A DNA stretch of 32,000 nucleotides, from positions 450,001 to 482,000 of the forward strand of contig AE017199.1 of NCBI GenBank assembly GCA_000008085.1, given 5' to 3'. Below are positions 1 to 8,737 of this stretch, piece by piece (position 1 is the stretch's first letter; each line of letters begins with the position of its first letter). Under the pieces are notes generated by a model. It ran no database searches and was not told the DNA's origin. It worked only from the letters and a program-made list of their open reading frames with translations. This stretch comes from Nanoarchaeum equitans Kin4-M. Lineage in GTDB: Archaea; Nanobdellota; Nanobdellia; Nanobdellales; Nanoarchaeaceae. The position numbers and the translations under genes are program-made.

Positions 1-1
1 A

Positions 2-592
2 TTTACTTTTACTGAAAGCGGTTTTTTAGTTATTGGAGGAAAGGATGCTAACCAAAATGAAAGAATAATGAAAGTTTATAGAAAGGATGGCGATTTGGTA
101 TTCCATGCCGATATACATGGGGCACCATTCGCTTTAATGTTATTGAATAACCCCAATGCAGATAGCGTTGAAGAAGTTATAGAAAAATATAAAATAACGG
201 AAACCGATTTAATGCAAGCAGCAGGTTTAAGTGCTGTATATTCTAAAGCATGGCAAGAAGGCTTAGCTTCGATAGATGTTTTCTATGTTTTGGGCAAGCA
301 AATCTCTAAAAAAGCTCCTTCTGGAGAATATCTAAAGCATGGTTCCTTTATGGTTTATGGCAAAAAACATTATATTAGGGTGCCTTTGAGATTATACATA
401 GTAGAAAAAGAAAAGGTCTATGCTGTGCCTTCCATTTATAATGGGGACAAATACATAGAATTAATTCCTGGCGATATTAAGAAAGAAAAGATAGCGAAAA
501 AAATTGCAGAATTATTAAATGTTAGCGAAGATTACATAAAATCGCTTTTGCCTTCAGGTTATTTCAGAATTACCAAGATTAAAAATATTTGA
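2..592 (+). CDS. NFACT-R domain protein (NEMF/Rqc2/FbpA-like), 3' part only; gene continues upstream of the window
   Basis: Frame is open from base 2 (FTFTESGFLVIGGKDANQNERIMKVYRKDGDLVFHADIHGAPFALM...). The TESGFLVIGGKDANQNE and HADIHGAPF patterns are typical of the NFACT-R domain. Confidence 0.85.
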   Translation, partial: FTFTESGFLVIGGKDANQNERIMKVYRKDGDLVFHADIHGAPFALMLLNNPNADSVEEVIEKYKITETDLMQAAGLSAVYSKAWQEGLASIDVFYVLGKQISKKAPSGEYLKHGSFMVYGKKHYIRVPLRLYIVEKEKVYAVPSIYNGDKYIELIPGDIKKEKIAKKIAELLNVSEDYIKSLLPSGYFRITKIKNI

Positions 593-2030
593 TAGGCCAT
601 TCTCTAATTTTATCTATGTCTTGGCCATACAAATCTCTTATATCATCTATTCCTAAAGCGATCATCGCTAATCTATTTATCCCAATACCGAAAGCTCCTA
701 TTTTATGTTTTATACCAAAACTGTCTAATATTTGTTTTCTTAACATCCCTGCTCCAGCAACTTCTACCCAGCCCAATTTACTATGGTATGCATATACTTC
801 TACGGATGGCTCCGTAAATGGGAAAAACGCAGGGAATAGTTTTATTTTCTCAAACCCTAATGCTTTTAGGATTTTTTCTATTTCTGTTTTTAATTGGGCC
901 ATGTTTGAGCCAATAATTATTCCCTCTAATTGTTGAAACTCTATATGGTGGGTTTTGTCTATTGTATCTGGTCTCCAAACAGAGCCGATGTAAAAGTATT
1001 TGCCTTTCTCGTTATTTAGAATATCTCTTAAATTATATAAATTCCAAGCTGTAATTGCAGTATTTTGGCTTCTTAATATTGTTAGATGTGCTTCCTTTTC
1101 TAAATAGTTGCCAAAATATTGTAAATGTTTTTCTTTTACTTTTTCTTCTATGTCTTTTGGTACATCCAATTCGGGTTTTCCTTCTATTATAAAGGATTCT
1201 GCCAATTCTCTCGATGGATGGTCATAAGGAGTAAATAAAGCCTCGAAACACCAGAACATTGGGATTAATTCATATTCCATAGCATTTAGCTCTTTCCATC
1301 CGAGGTTTACCATTTTTTTCCTAACCCAATTTAAGTATTCTCTATAATAATGGGGCTTCCCTCCATAGTATTTTGGAAATTCCTTTATATTATAGGGAGC
1401 AATTGGCTTTTCTTTATATAATTTTTTCTGTAATACCTCTGTATCGATTTTATCTATTCCTTCTACAACATCTTTTGGAATTACTTCTATATAAAATCTT
1501 GTTTTGGTTTCTTCCTTTACTAAACCTCTTTTCTTTAAATAATCTAAATATTTGGTATCGATCTTTTTACCTAATTTTGCTTCTATTTCCTTTAAATTCG
1601 AAAGGTCTTTCTTTAACCCTTCGTTTATTGCTAATAATAAGGGTTCCCATGGGAATTCCTTTATCTCTCTCTTTAGTTTTATTTTCCCATCTTTTATTTC
1701 TATTAGATCTAAATTCTTTAATGCCCCAATTGCAATGGCTTTTTCTTCTTTGGTTAATGGTATTTGATCTAAAGGCAATTCCCCATGTAATTCTAATAAA
1801 GAATATAATTTTCTTTCAGGCAAATTCTTATAACTTTTTTTACCTTTTTCCGTTAAAACATAGTATGTATCTTTTTCTTCTTTAATTTTAACTAGGCCTT
1901 TTTGTTGCAAATTATATGCTATTTTTAGCAATTCTTCTTCATCCATCCCTAAAAGGTTCGCCAATTCATTAGAATACCCATTAATCAATTTTTTGTATAC
2001 TTCATATTCTTTGGGTCTTAGCACAATCAT
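579..2030 (-). CDS. pheS: Phenylalanine--tRNA ligase alpha subunit
   Basis: 483 aa class II aaRS with LFTPYDHPSRELAESF, WRPDTIDKTHHIEFQQLEG and GAGMLRKQILDSFGI...AFGIGINRLAM motifs. Confidence 0.96.
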   Translation of the reverse strand: MIVLRPKEYEVYKKLINGYSNELANLLGMDEEELLKIAYNLQQKGLVKIKEEKDTYYVLTEKGKKSYKNLPERKLYSLLELHGELPLDQIPLTKEEKAIAIGALKNLDLIEIKDGKIKLKREIKEFPWEPLLLAINEGLKKDLSNLKEIEAKLGKKIDTKYLDYLKKRGLVKEETKTRFYIEVIPKDVVEGIDKIDTEVLQKKLYKEKPIAPYNIKEFPKYYGGKPHYYREYLNWVRKKMVNLGWKELNAMEYELIPMFWCFEALFTPYDHPSRELAESFIIEGKPELDVPKDIEEKVKEKHLQYFGNYLEKEAHLTILRSQNTAITAWNLYNLRDILNNEKGKYFYIGSVWRPDTIDKTHHIEFQQLEGIIIGSNMAQLKTEIEKILKALGFEKIKLFPAFFPFTEPSVEVYAYHSKLGWVEVAGAGMLRKQILDSFGIKHKIGAFGIGINRLAMIALGIDDIRDLYGQDIDKIREWPIKYF

Positions 2031-2051
2031 TATTGTATAGAATTAAAACCA

Positions 2052-2059
2052 TTTATAAA
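2052..2059. promoter_or_regulatory. Palindromic TATA box TTTATAAA in the pheS/L40e divergent intergenic region
   Basis: Centre is about 24.5 bp from the + start (2080) and 25.5 bp from the - start (2030). Confidence 0.65.
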
Positions 2060-2079
2060 ATACCCTATAGATTATACAA

Positions 2080-2268
2080 ATGGCCAAAGGCCAAATATGT
2101 GAAGTAGCTATTGCTAGGTTATTCAAAAGGGTTTATGTTTGCCAAAGGTGTAAAAGAATCTTTAGGGCAGATCCCGCAAAAGTTAGAGAAGGCAAAGTTA
2201 AATGCCCAAGATGTGGTTATAGAGGAATAAGACCAAAGAGAGAAGTGCCAATGGGTATATCTAAATAA
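2080..2268 (+). CDS. Probable 50S ribosomal protein L40e (two CxxC zinc-ribbon)
   Basis: ARLFKRVYVCQRC...KCPRCGYRGIRPKRE resembles archaeal L40e (EARLF..K.C..C...CGYKGLRPK). Confidence 0.7.
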   Translation: MAKGQICEVAIARLFKRVYVCQRCKRIFRADPAKVREGKVKCPRCGYRGIRPKREVPMGISK

Positions 2269-2269
2269 A

Positions 2270-2545
2270 TTATTCTTCTTCCTCTTCTTTTTCAACAATT
2301 TTTGGTCTTTCTATTACAACCCTATAATATATAGTTTTTCCAGCAGTGGGGCTTTTTCTTATTATTCTTAAAACATCCCCAGGCTTCGGGTTTAAGTGTT
2401 GTATAGCAGGATCGTCAACATATATTTTTGGCAAATAGTCTATACTATCAATATTTAGCTCTTTTAATAGTTTTTCTACTTCTTCTTTAGTTAGCTTTTG
2501 GTATTCTGGTACTAGTCTATGTTTTATTGGTTGTTTTTTCTTCAT
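2270..2545 (-). CDS. rpoH: DNA-directed RNA polymerase subunit H (Rpb5-like)
   Basis: HRLVPEYQKLTKEEVEKLL...LPKIYVDDPAIQHLNPKPGDVLRIIRKSPTAGKTIYYRVVIE is the archaeal RpoH/Rpb5 C-terminal signature. Confidence 0.93.
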   Translation of the reverse strand: MKKKQPIKHRLVPEYQKLTKEEVEKLLKELNIDSIDYLPKIYVDDPAIQHLNPKPGDVLRIIRKSPTAGKTIYYRVVIERPKIVEKEEEEE

Positions 2546-3147
2546 TCTTCTACAGTTATTTTAGTTTCAAACTCTTCGACCGGTACTTTTAATTGTTCAT
2601 CTTTACCAATTACTCCTCTATTCCTTAAATATTCTCTCGCTAATATCCAATATATTAATGCTAAGCTTTTAGAACCTCTATTGTTTGCTGGTATACAGAA
2701 ATCAATATAATTTTTAGTATGGTTTGTATCACATAATGCCAAAATTGTTATCCCACTTTCGTATGCATCGTGTAAAGCATTTTTGTCCATTATTGGATCG
2801 GTAATTAATATTACTTCTGGTTCCATGTAGTATTTTAGTTGGGGGTTAGTTAATGTACCTGGAGGATATCTCCCAGGGAAAGCTTTAACCTTTGTTATTT
2901 CAGAAAACTTCTTAATTGGGGTTATTGCTGTTTCTCTTCTTCCTACAACTAAAATTTCATTTGGTTCATAATAGGATAACATCTTTGATGCTAATCTTAA
3001 TCTTTCATCTATTTTTCTTATATCGAAAATAGCTAAACCGTCTTCTCTTATCTTAGATACATAAGGTTTCATATCTTTAGTTAGGTGCCTTGTACCAATA
3101 TGTATACCGGCTTTAACATAAACATTTATTGGAACTAGAGTATCCAT
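2542..3147 (-). CDS. rps2: 30S ribosomal protein S2
   Basis: AGIHIGTRHLTKDMKPYV, FVG..R-like core (ILVVGRRETAITPIKKFSE), RYPPGTLTNPQ and EPEVILITDPIMDKNALHDAYESGI are archaeal uS2 motifs. Confidence 0.95.
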   Translation of the reverse strand: MDTLVPINVYVKAGIHIGTRHLTKDMKPYVSKIREDGLAIFDIRKIDERLRLASKMLSYYEPNEILVVGRRETAITPIKKFSEITKVKAFPGRYPPGTLTNPQLKYYMEPEVILITDPIMDKNALHDAYESGITILALCDTNHTKNYIDFCIPANNRGSKSLALIYWILAREYLRNRGVIGKDEQLKVPVEEFETKITVEE

Positions 3148-3166
3148 TTTGATTGCTTGTTATGCA

Positions 3167-3174
3167 TTTTAAAA
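3167..3174. promoter_or_regulatory. Palindromic TATA-like box TTTTAAAA in the rps2/lig divergent intergenic region
   Basis: Centre is about 24.5 bp from the lig start (3195) and 23.5 bp from the rps2 start (3147). Confidence 0.6.
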
Positions 3175-3194
3175 ACAATAAACCATAATACCAT

Positions 3195-4898
3195 ATGGAG
3201 TTTGAGAAATTGGCTAACCTTTTTAGTAAGCTCGAAACTATATCGGATAAAACCAGGAAAGTGCAATACATCGCTCGATTTCTTAAAGAATTAAAAGACC
3301 AATATAAAGAAACATTGTTGTTATTGCAAGGAACCGTTTTTTACCCATGGGAGCAAAAAAACCTCGGTATTGCCGAAAAGGGTGTAATAAGGGCTATTTC
3401 TATAGCTTATGGGATAGAAAAACAAAAAGTTGAAGAATTATTCATAAAATATGGGGATTTGGGTATTGTGGCAGAAAAAGCTTGTGAGATGAGAAAACAA
3501 AAACCCTTATTATTAAAACCGCTAACTGTTAAAGATGTTTACCAAACTTTAAGAAAAATAGCCGATATAGAAGGAGAAGGCTCACAGGACAAAAAAATAA
3601 TAACTTTTGCTAAGCTATTAGTTAATGCCAAACCTAAAGAAGCAAAATACATTGTTAGATTAGCTTTAGAGGAATTAAGAATTGGAGTAGGTGAAGGTAT
3701 TATTAGAGATGCGATTGCTATAGCTTTTTCTGTAACCCCCGAGGCTGTGGAATATGCTTATTCTATATTATTAGATTTTGGAGAGGTAGTAAGAATTGCG
3801 AAAGAGCAGGGCGAGCAAGGTCTATGGCAAGTAAAATTACAAGTAGGGAGACCCTTTAGAGTTATGCTCGCTATAAGAGCAAGGAATGTGCAAGAAGCTT
3901 TTGACATTGTAGGAAGGCCTGCAATGATAGAAGCAAAATACGATGGTTTTAGGTTACAAATCCATAAAAAAGGAGACCAAGTATGGCTATGGACTAGAAG
4001 GTTAGAAGATGTAACAAGACAATTCCCAGATGTAGTTAATATAGTAAGAAACAGAGTAAAAGCTAACGAAATAATATTTGAGGCAGAGGCTGTTGGGTAT
4101 GATAAAAAGACTAACAAATTCTTGCCATTCCAAAAGATTTCTCAAAGAGTGAAAAGAAAATATGACATAGAAAAAATGGCTAAAGAAATACCAGTAGAGC
4201 TACACGCATTTGATATAGTTTATTTAGAAGGTGAACAATTAATGAAAAAGCCATTTAAAGAGAGAAGGGCTCTATTGGAAAAAGTAATTGATGAAAAAGA
4301 GCATGAAATACAATTGTCTATAGGCATTATAGAAAAAGATGATAAAAAAGCTTACCAATTTTACCAAGATTGTTTAAATAAAGGGTTAGAAGGAGTAATG
4401 TTCAAAAACCTTAATGCACCATACCAACCTGGAAGAAGGGTAGGATATATGGTTAAGCTAAAGCCTACTTTAGAAACATTGGATTTAGTTATAGTTGCTG
4501 CTGAATGGGGCGAAGGTAAAAGAAGCGGTTGGCTTACTTCATTTACTGTAGCAGCATTAGATAAGGATACTGGTAATTATTTAGAAGTGGGTGAAGTCGG
4601 TACAGGAATAAAAGAGAAAAAAGAGAGAGCCGAGGATATAACTTTTGAGGAATTAACCGAATTGTTAAAACCTTATATATATAAACAAGAAGGTAAAAAA
4701 GTTTACGTAAAACCAAAAATAGTTGTAGAAGTTGCATATGAGGAAATACAAGAAAGCCCCCGCTATAAAAGCGGGTTTGCTTTAAGGTTCCCTCGTATTG
4801 TTAGAATTAGATTCGATAGAAGCCCAAAAGAGATAGACACAATCGATAGGATAAAACAAATATACGAAATGCAGAGAGGTGGTATACATAAACAGTAA
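3195..4898 (+). CDS. lig: ATP-dependent DNA ligase
   Basis: 567 aa; active-site motif EAKYDGFRLQIHKKG, plus EGVMFKNLNAPYQPGRRVGYMVKLKP and VEVAYEEIQESPRYKSGFALRFPR. Confidence 0.97.
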   Translation: MEFEKLANLFSKLETISDKTRKVQYIARFLKELKDQYKETLLLLQGTVFYPWEQKNLGIAEKGVIRAISIAYGIEKQKVEELFIKYGDLGIVAEKACEMRKQKPLLLKPLTVKDVYQTLRKIADIEGEGSQDKKIITFAKLLVNAKPKEAKYIVRLALEELRIGVGEGIIRDAIAIAFSVTPEAVEYAYSILLDFGEVVRIAKEQGEQGLWQVKLQVGRPFRVMLAIRARNVQEAFDIVGRPAMIEAKYDGFRLQIHKKGDQVWLWTRRLEDVTRQFPDVVNIVRNRVKANEIIFEAEAVGYDKKTNKFLPFQKISQRVKRKYDIEKMAKEIPVELHAFDIVYLEGEQLMKKPFKERRALLEKVIDEKEHEIQLSIGIIEKDDKKAYQFYQDCLNKGLEGVMFKNLNAPYQPGRRVGYMVKLKPTLETLDLVIVAAEWGEGKRSGWLTSFTVAALDKDTGNYLEVGEVGTGIKEKKERAEDITFEELTELLKPYIYKQEGKKVYVKPKIVVEVAYEEIQESPRYKSGFALRFPRIVRIRFDRSPKEIDTIDRIKQIYEMQRGGIHKQ

Positions 4899-4938
4899 TA
4901 AAATAAATTTTTAATATATTACATTATATTTAGATACC

Positions 4939-5229
4939 ATGGGTCCTCGGGAATTGTTAGCGGCGGTAGAAATAGCCCAAGCCGAGGGGAGAGACCCTCG
5001 ATGTGTTAGGAAAATACGAGTTTTGGAAGGAGAAGACTTTTTAGAGTTAGAACATATAGGAGACAAAACAGCCATTTTAATTAAAGGAAATATCGCCACA
5101 TTATATTGGAGAACAAAAAGATATCTGCCAAAGATCTATATTAAAACAAAAGAATTTGTATTATATACTAAGGGTAATTCCATTTATATTCAATTACCTA
5201 TTGCCCTGTCTATTAGGGCTCTTCTCTAA
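4939..5229 (+). CDS. Hypothetical protein (96 aa)
   Basis: ORF with a TATA-like box (TTTTTAATAT, about 4908-4917) around 26 bp upstream of the ATG. The 5' end is unusually GC-rich. Confidence 0.55.
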   Translation: MGPRELLAAVEIAQAEGRDPRCVRKIRVLEGEDFLELEHIGDKTAILIKGNIATLYWRTKRYLPKIYIKTKEFVLYTKGNSIYIQLPIALSIRALL

Positions 5230-5634
5230 AATTTTCCAACTTAAATAAGAAAATACCAAAGCTATTGGAGACAATATTATATAATACATGCTAAATAATA
5301 AAAGCACTATAATGAAAGAAACCCTTAATAAATAAAATACTATTGTTGCTTCATAGTCCCTATTAATTAAATCTTTTAGCGATTCTATTGTGAAAGCTAA
5401 AAATATTGGTACTAACAAATAGAGCAAAGGATAACCCATGGAAAGAATCAAAAATAGCAATGTTAGCCCATTATATAATAAATGGTTAGTAGCTAAATAG
5501 ATTTTTCTATATCTATCGTACCAATCCTCTTTTGCTAACAAAAATGCTTGTATATAGTATGGGATTAACAATAAAGAAGGGAATATTACTACAATTAGAT
5601 CTAATAAAAGAAAAATATATGTATTATAAGCCAT
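5194..5634 (-). CDS. Hypothetical multi-pass membrane protein
   Basis: 146 aa with four or so hydrophobic helices; overlaps the upstream peptidase start (5624-5634). Confidence 0.7.
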   Translation of the reverse strand: MAYNTYIFLLLDLIVVIFPSLLLIPYYIQAFLLAKEDWYDRYRKIYLATNHLLYNGLTLLFLILSMGYPLLYLLVPIFLAFTIESLKDLINRDYEATIVFYLLRVSFIIVLLLFSMYYIILSPIALVFSYLSWKILEKSPNRQGNR

Positions 5635-6742
5635 TTTCTACAACTCTCTTTATTACTTCTGCAACCCTCTCTACATCTTCAATATAAACGAACTCGTTTG
5701 GTCCATGTATATTATTTTCTTCCCTCATGGGGCCAAATTGTATAACTTTTATACCTCTTTTATAGAAATGGTATCCATCTGTTCCTCCTAATTCTAGGAT
5801 TTTCTTTTCTCCTAACAAATCTTTTGTTAGTTGTATGAATTTGTCTACATGTTCTCCATCGCTAACCCATGGGGGTAATTCTAATTTGTCTTTCTCTATT
5901 CTTAGTTTTATGTTGTTTTTGGATGCGAATTCTTTCAACAAATCGCTTACCTTGTTAAAAACATAATCATTATCGTATTCTGGCACTGTTCTAGCGTTTA
6001 CATAAATTTTTACTTCTCCCGGTATTATGTTAATAACATTTGGTTTAACCTCTATCTTTGTAGGGTTAACCCTAACTGGTACTCTATCGTAATGCTCAAT
6101 AAATTGGTATTTAGACAATAAAGTTTTCTCAAAAGCTTTAGAAATATGTTCTATAAACTCTATAACCTTTGCGGCATTGTATATTGCGTTTTCCCCCCTA
6201 TAGGCATGGGCTGAATGCACTTGTTTTCCTTCCACATATATGTTTATTCCTAGGAAACCAGAGCTACCTATAGAAACATAAGGCCCCGTATCGATAACTA
6301 ATGCTATATCGCTATCTATTTGTTCGAAAAATTGTGTTGATTCTTGGGTTTCTTCTCCCCCGGCTATAGCTAATATGGGTTGTACATTTATTTCTTTAGC
6401 ATTTTCTATTCCTGCAATAGATGCTACTATCGCTGATTTGTCATCTGCAGCACCTCTAGCGATTATTTTGTTTCCTTCTACTTTTGGATCAAAAGGATCT
6501 GTGTTCCAACCTTCTCCAGGGGGAACAACATCAAAATGTGTAACAAAAGCAACTTTCTTACCTTTCCCGGGGTATTTTGCTAAAATATTTGGGGTATCGT
6601 TTTCGCTGTAAATTATTTCAACATCAAATCCTTTATTTTCTAAATAGTTTTTTATAAATTTCGCAGCTTTCTCTTTTTCTTCTTTGTTTGGATTAAATGT
6701 TTTGAATTTCAACAATTGCAAAAAGAAATCCATATCAATCAT
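5624..6742 (-). CDS. M20 family metallopeptidase (ArgE/DapE/ACY1-like)
   Basis: VAFVTHFDVVPPGEGWNTDPFDP, GRGAADDKSAIVA and GGEETQES metal-binding motifs, with GGTDGYHF near the C-terminus. Confidence 0.92.
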   Translation of the reverse strand: MIDMDFFLQLLKFKTFNPNKEEKEKAAKFIKNYLENKGFDVEIIYSENDTPNILAKYPGKGKKVAFVTHFDVVPPGEGWNTDPFDPKVEGNKIIARGAADDKSAIVASIAGIENAKEINVQPILAIAGGEETQESTQFFEQIDSDIALVIDTGPYVSIGSSGFLGINIYVEGKQVHSAHAYRGENAIYNAAKVIEFIEHISKAFEKTLLSKYQFIEHYDRVPVRVNPTKIEVKPNVINIIPGEVKIYVNARTVPEYDNDYVFNKVSDLLKEFASKNNIKLRIEKDKLELPPWVSDGEHVDKFIQLTKDLLGEKKILELGGTDGYHFYKRGIKVIQFGPMREENNIHGPNEFVYIEDVERVAEVIKRVVENGL

Positions 6743-6756
6743 ATTCTAAAAAAGGG

Positions 6757-7806
6757 TTATATTTTATAAATGTGGGCCGTACTCCCACCATGGTAACTCA
6801 TCCTTGGTCTTACTTGTATTGGTTTAACTAATTCTTTTTCATCGTCAACAAACAAGGCAGCCCCAGGCCTATTGGGCAAATTTATAGCAAAATATTTTCT
6901 AAAATCTATATCAATGTAATTGTACAAAATAGAGGAAATTGATTCAATATCGCTTTTATTAGTTAGTCTATGTGCTATTAAAGAATCTATTTGAGTTAAC
7001 GCATCATCTATTAATTTATTGGGTTGTTGTGTTGCTAATACTAAACCAACTCCTGGGCCTCTTCCCTCTCTAATTAGGTTAACCAAACTATCCTTTACTG
7101 GGCTGTCTATAGATTTGTCCAAAAATTCGTGTGCTTCATCAATAAATAGCCAAAACAATGGAACTTCTCTAACATATTCGTCAGACGCTTCCCTTTTTAT
7201 TTCTTTTTCCCTCTCTTTTATTCTAATTTCTAAAATCTTTCTGGCTAAAATATTTAAAACCGCTCTTTTAGCATATATAGGCAAATGTCCTACCCTTATT
7301 ATATGGATACCAGGGTTTTTTATTTTTTCTATTATAGATGGCCCTAATAATGATTTTAACAATTTATATCTTTGTTTCAAAAAAGGGGGCTCTTTATTAT
7401 TTATGAAATGTTCATAAATTATATCGCTCTTGGGATCTGTTTCTTCCAAAGAAAAAAACTCTAAGAGATCATAAAAACTTAAATCCTCTTTAGAAAACGT
7501 GGGCTCTATCATATTTATTGCAAATTTTTTTGGTTCTAAATTCCATTCCGATAACAAATCAATACCTCTATAATTAGGGTATTGTAAAGTATGGAATATG
7601 TTTAAGGTATCAAAAACTATTACAGATAACTCTTTATTATTTGCTTCGGCGAACCCTTCTAACAATACTCCTAAAGTAAAAGATTTACCCGTGCCTCTTT
7701 TTCCTACAACTAAAGTATATCTAACTTTGCTATAATCATAATAGATAGGCTCCCCATAAATAAAGTTTACACCAACCTTTATTACTTCTTTTCCCAAAAA
7801 TATCAT
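6757..7806 (-). CDS. HerA/VirB4-like (DUF87-type) P-loop ATPase
   Basis: Walker A GKRGTGKSFTLG; Walker B PLFWLFIDEAHEFLD; GRGPGVGLVLATQQP sensor region. Confidence 0.85.
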   Translation of the reverse strand: MIFLGKEVIKVGVNFIYGEPIYYDYSKVRYTLVVGKRGTGKSFTLGVLLEGFAEANNKELSVIVFDTLNIFHTLQYPNYRGIDLLSEWNLEPKKFAINMIEPTFSKEDLSFYDLLEFFSLEETDPKSDIIYEHFINNKEPPFLKQRYKLLKSLLGPSIIEKIKNPGIHIIRVGHLPIYAKRAVLNILARKILEIRIKEREKEIKREASDEYVREVPLFWLFIDEAHEFLDKSIDSPVKDSLVNLIREGRGPGVGLVLATQQPNKLIDDALTQIDSLIAHRLTNKSDIESISSILYNYIDIDFRKYFAINLPNRPGAALFVDDEKELVKPIQVRPRMSYHGGSTAHIYKI

Positions 7807-8057
7807 CTTACTTTAGGCCCTATTATATAGTTGTCTTCCCTATATTTAGCATTTTTCCACAAATCAAATTCCTTTTTTTCTGGTATGTCTTCTCTAGGGT
7901 TTCCTGTAACATCTATAGGCAATAAAGCTTTTTCCCCATCAAGGTTTTCAACAATACTAAAAGCTTTTAGTATTTCTTCTATATCTTTTTTTAATTTTTC
8001 TTTTAGTTTTTCGTCTAATTTTATTCTAGCTAAATAAGCGATTCTATCGATGTCCAT
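7803..8057 (-). CDS. gatC: Asp/Glu-tRNA amidotransferase subunit C
   Basis: IAYLARIKLDEKLKEKLKKDIEEILKAFSIVENLD...REDIPEK pattern of GatC. Confidence 0.8.
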   Translation of the reverse strand: MDIDRIAYLARIKLDEKLKEKLKKDIEEILKAFSIVENLDGEKALLPIDVTGNPREDIPEKKEFDLWKNAKYREDNYIIGPKVR

Positions 8058-8068
8058 AAAGTTTATTC

Positions 8069-8731
8069 TTATATCCTTTTAAAGACCCCAGGTTCTATTT
8101 CATAGAACTCTCTAAAGAATTCTGAATCGAGCTTTTCTCTAAATTCCTCTAATGTTAGACCAAACTTTTTTAGTTCTTCTTCTAATTCCTCCGCTTTAAT
8201 TACATCTCTATCTTTGAATTTTTCTAATAAATACTTATCTATGTTTTTTTCTGTTTCTTTTGGCCTTTTTATCTCATAAGCTGTTCTAATTTTTGAGCCT
8301 AACTTTTCTATATCGGTCTCTAACAACGCTCTTTTGGCTTTTTCTATTATTGGGATGCCAAATTTTTCTTCTATAGTTTTTGCATCTTTATAAGGATAAA
8401 TGTCCAACCCATGATCTTTAGCAATTACTTCTCCAACTCTATATCTGTTATTCTCTATATAAGCATCTATGTATATTCTAGTTTTACTTGAATTGGGTTT
8501 GAAAACCAATTTTACACTTCCATCGGTAATAGATATGGCTTTAGGTTTCTCCAACTCTTTTCTTAAACTATAAATTTCTTTTCTAAAATCAATATTCATT
8601 TTTTTGCTATAATAAAAGCCAAGGAATTCTTCAATATTCTCTAAAGCGAACAATAATAGCCAAACATCCAATTCCTCTTTTGTTATGCCTAATATTTTAG
8701 ATAGTTTCCCTTTTATTTCATCAATATTCAC
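8069..8731 (-). CDS. Hypothetical protein (220 aa, GTG start)
   Basis: Long ORF with plausible protein composition; no family recognised. Confidence 0.7.
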   Translation of the reverse strand: MNIDEIKGKLSKILGITKEELDVWLLLFALENIEEFLGFYYSKKMNIDFRKEIYSLRKELEKPKAISITDGSVKLVFKPNSSKTRIYIDAYIENNRYRVGEVIAKDHGLDIYPYKDAKTIEEKFGIPIIEKAKRALLETDIEKLGSKIRTAYEIKRPKETEKNIDKYLLEKFKDRDVIKAEELEEELKKFGLTLEEFREKLDSEFFREFYEIEPGVFKRI

Positions 8732-8737
8732 ACCATA

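Noticed and set aside
589-1885. Track ORFs 589..936, 1373..1885 and 1552..1767 on the + strand
   Set aside because: They are antisense to the well-supported pheS gene and low in complexity (Leu/Ile/Phe/Ser-rich), as expected from AT-rich reverse complements.
3758-4117. Minus-strand ORF within lig (also 4543..4737)
   Set aside because: Antisense to the ligase catalytic domain, with no supporting motif or promoter.
4759-4775. Perfect hairpin CCCGCT-ATAAA-AGCGGG, a terminator-like stem
   Set aside because: It sits inside conserved DNA ligase coding sequence (QESPRYKSGFALRFP), well before the stop codon.
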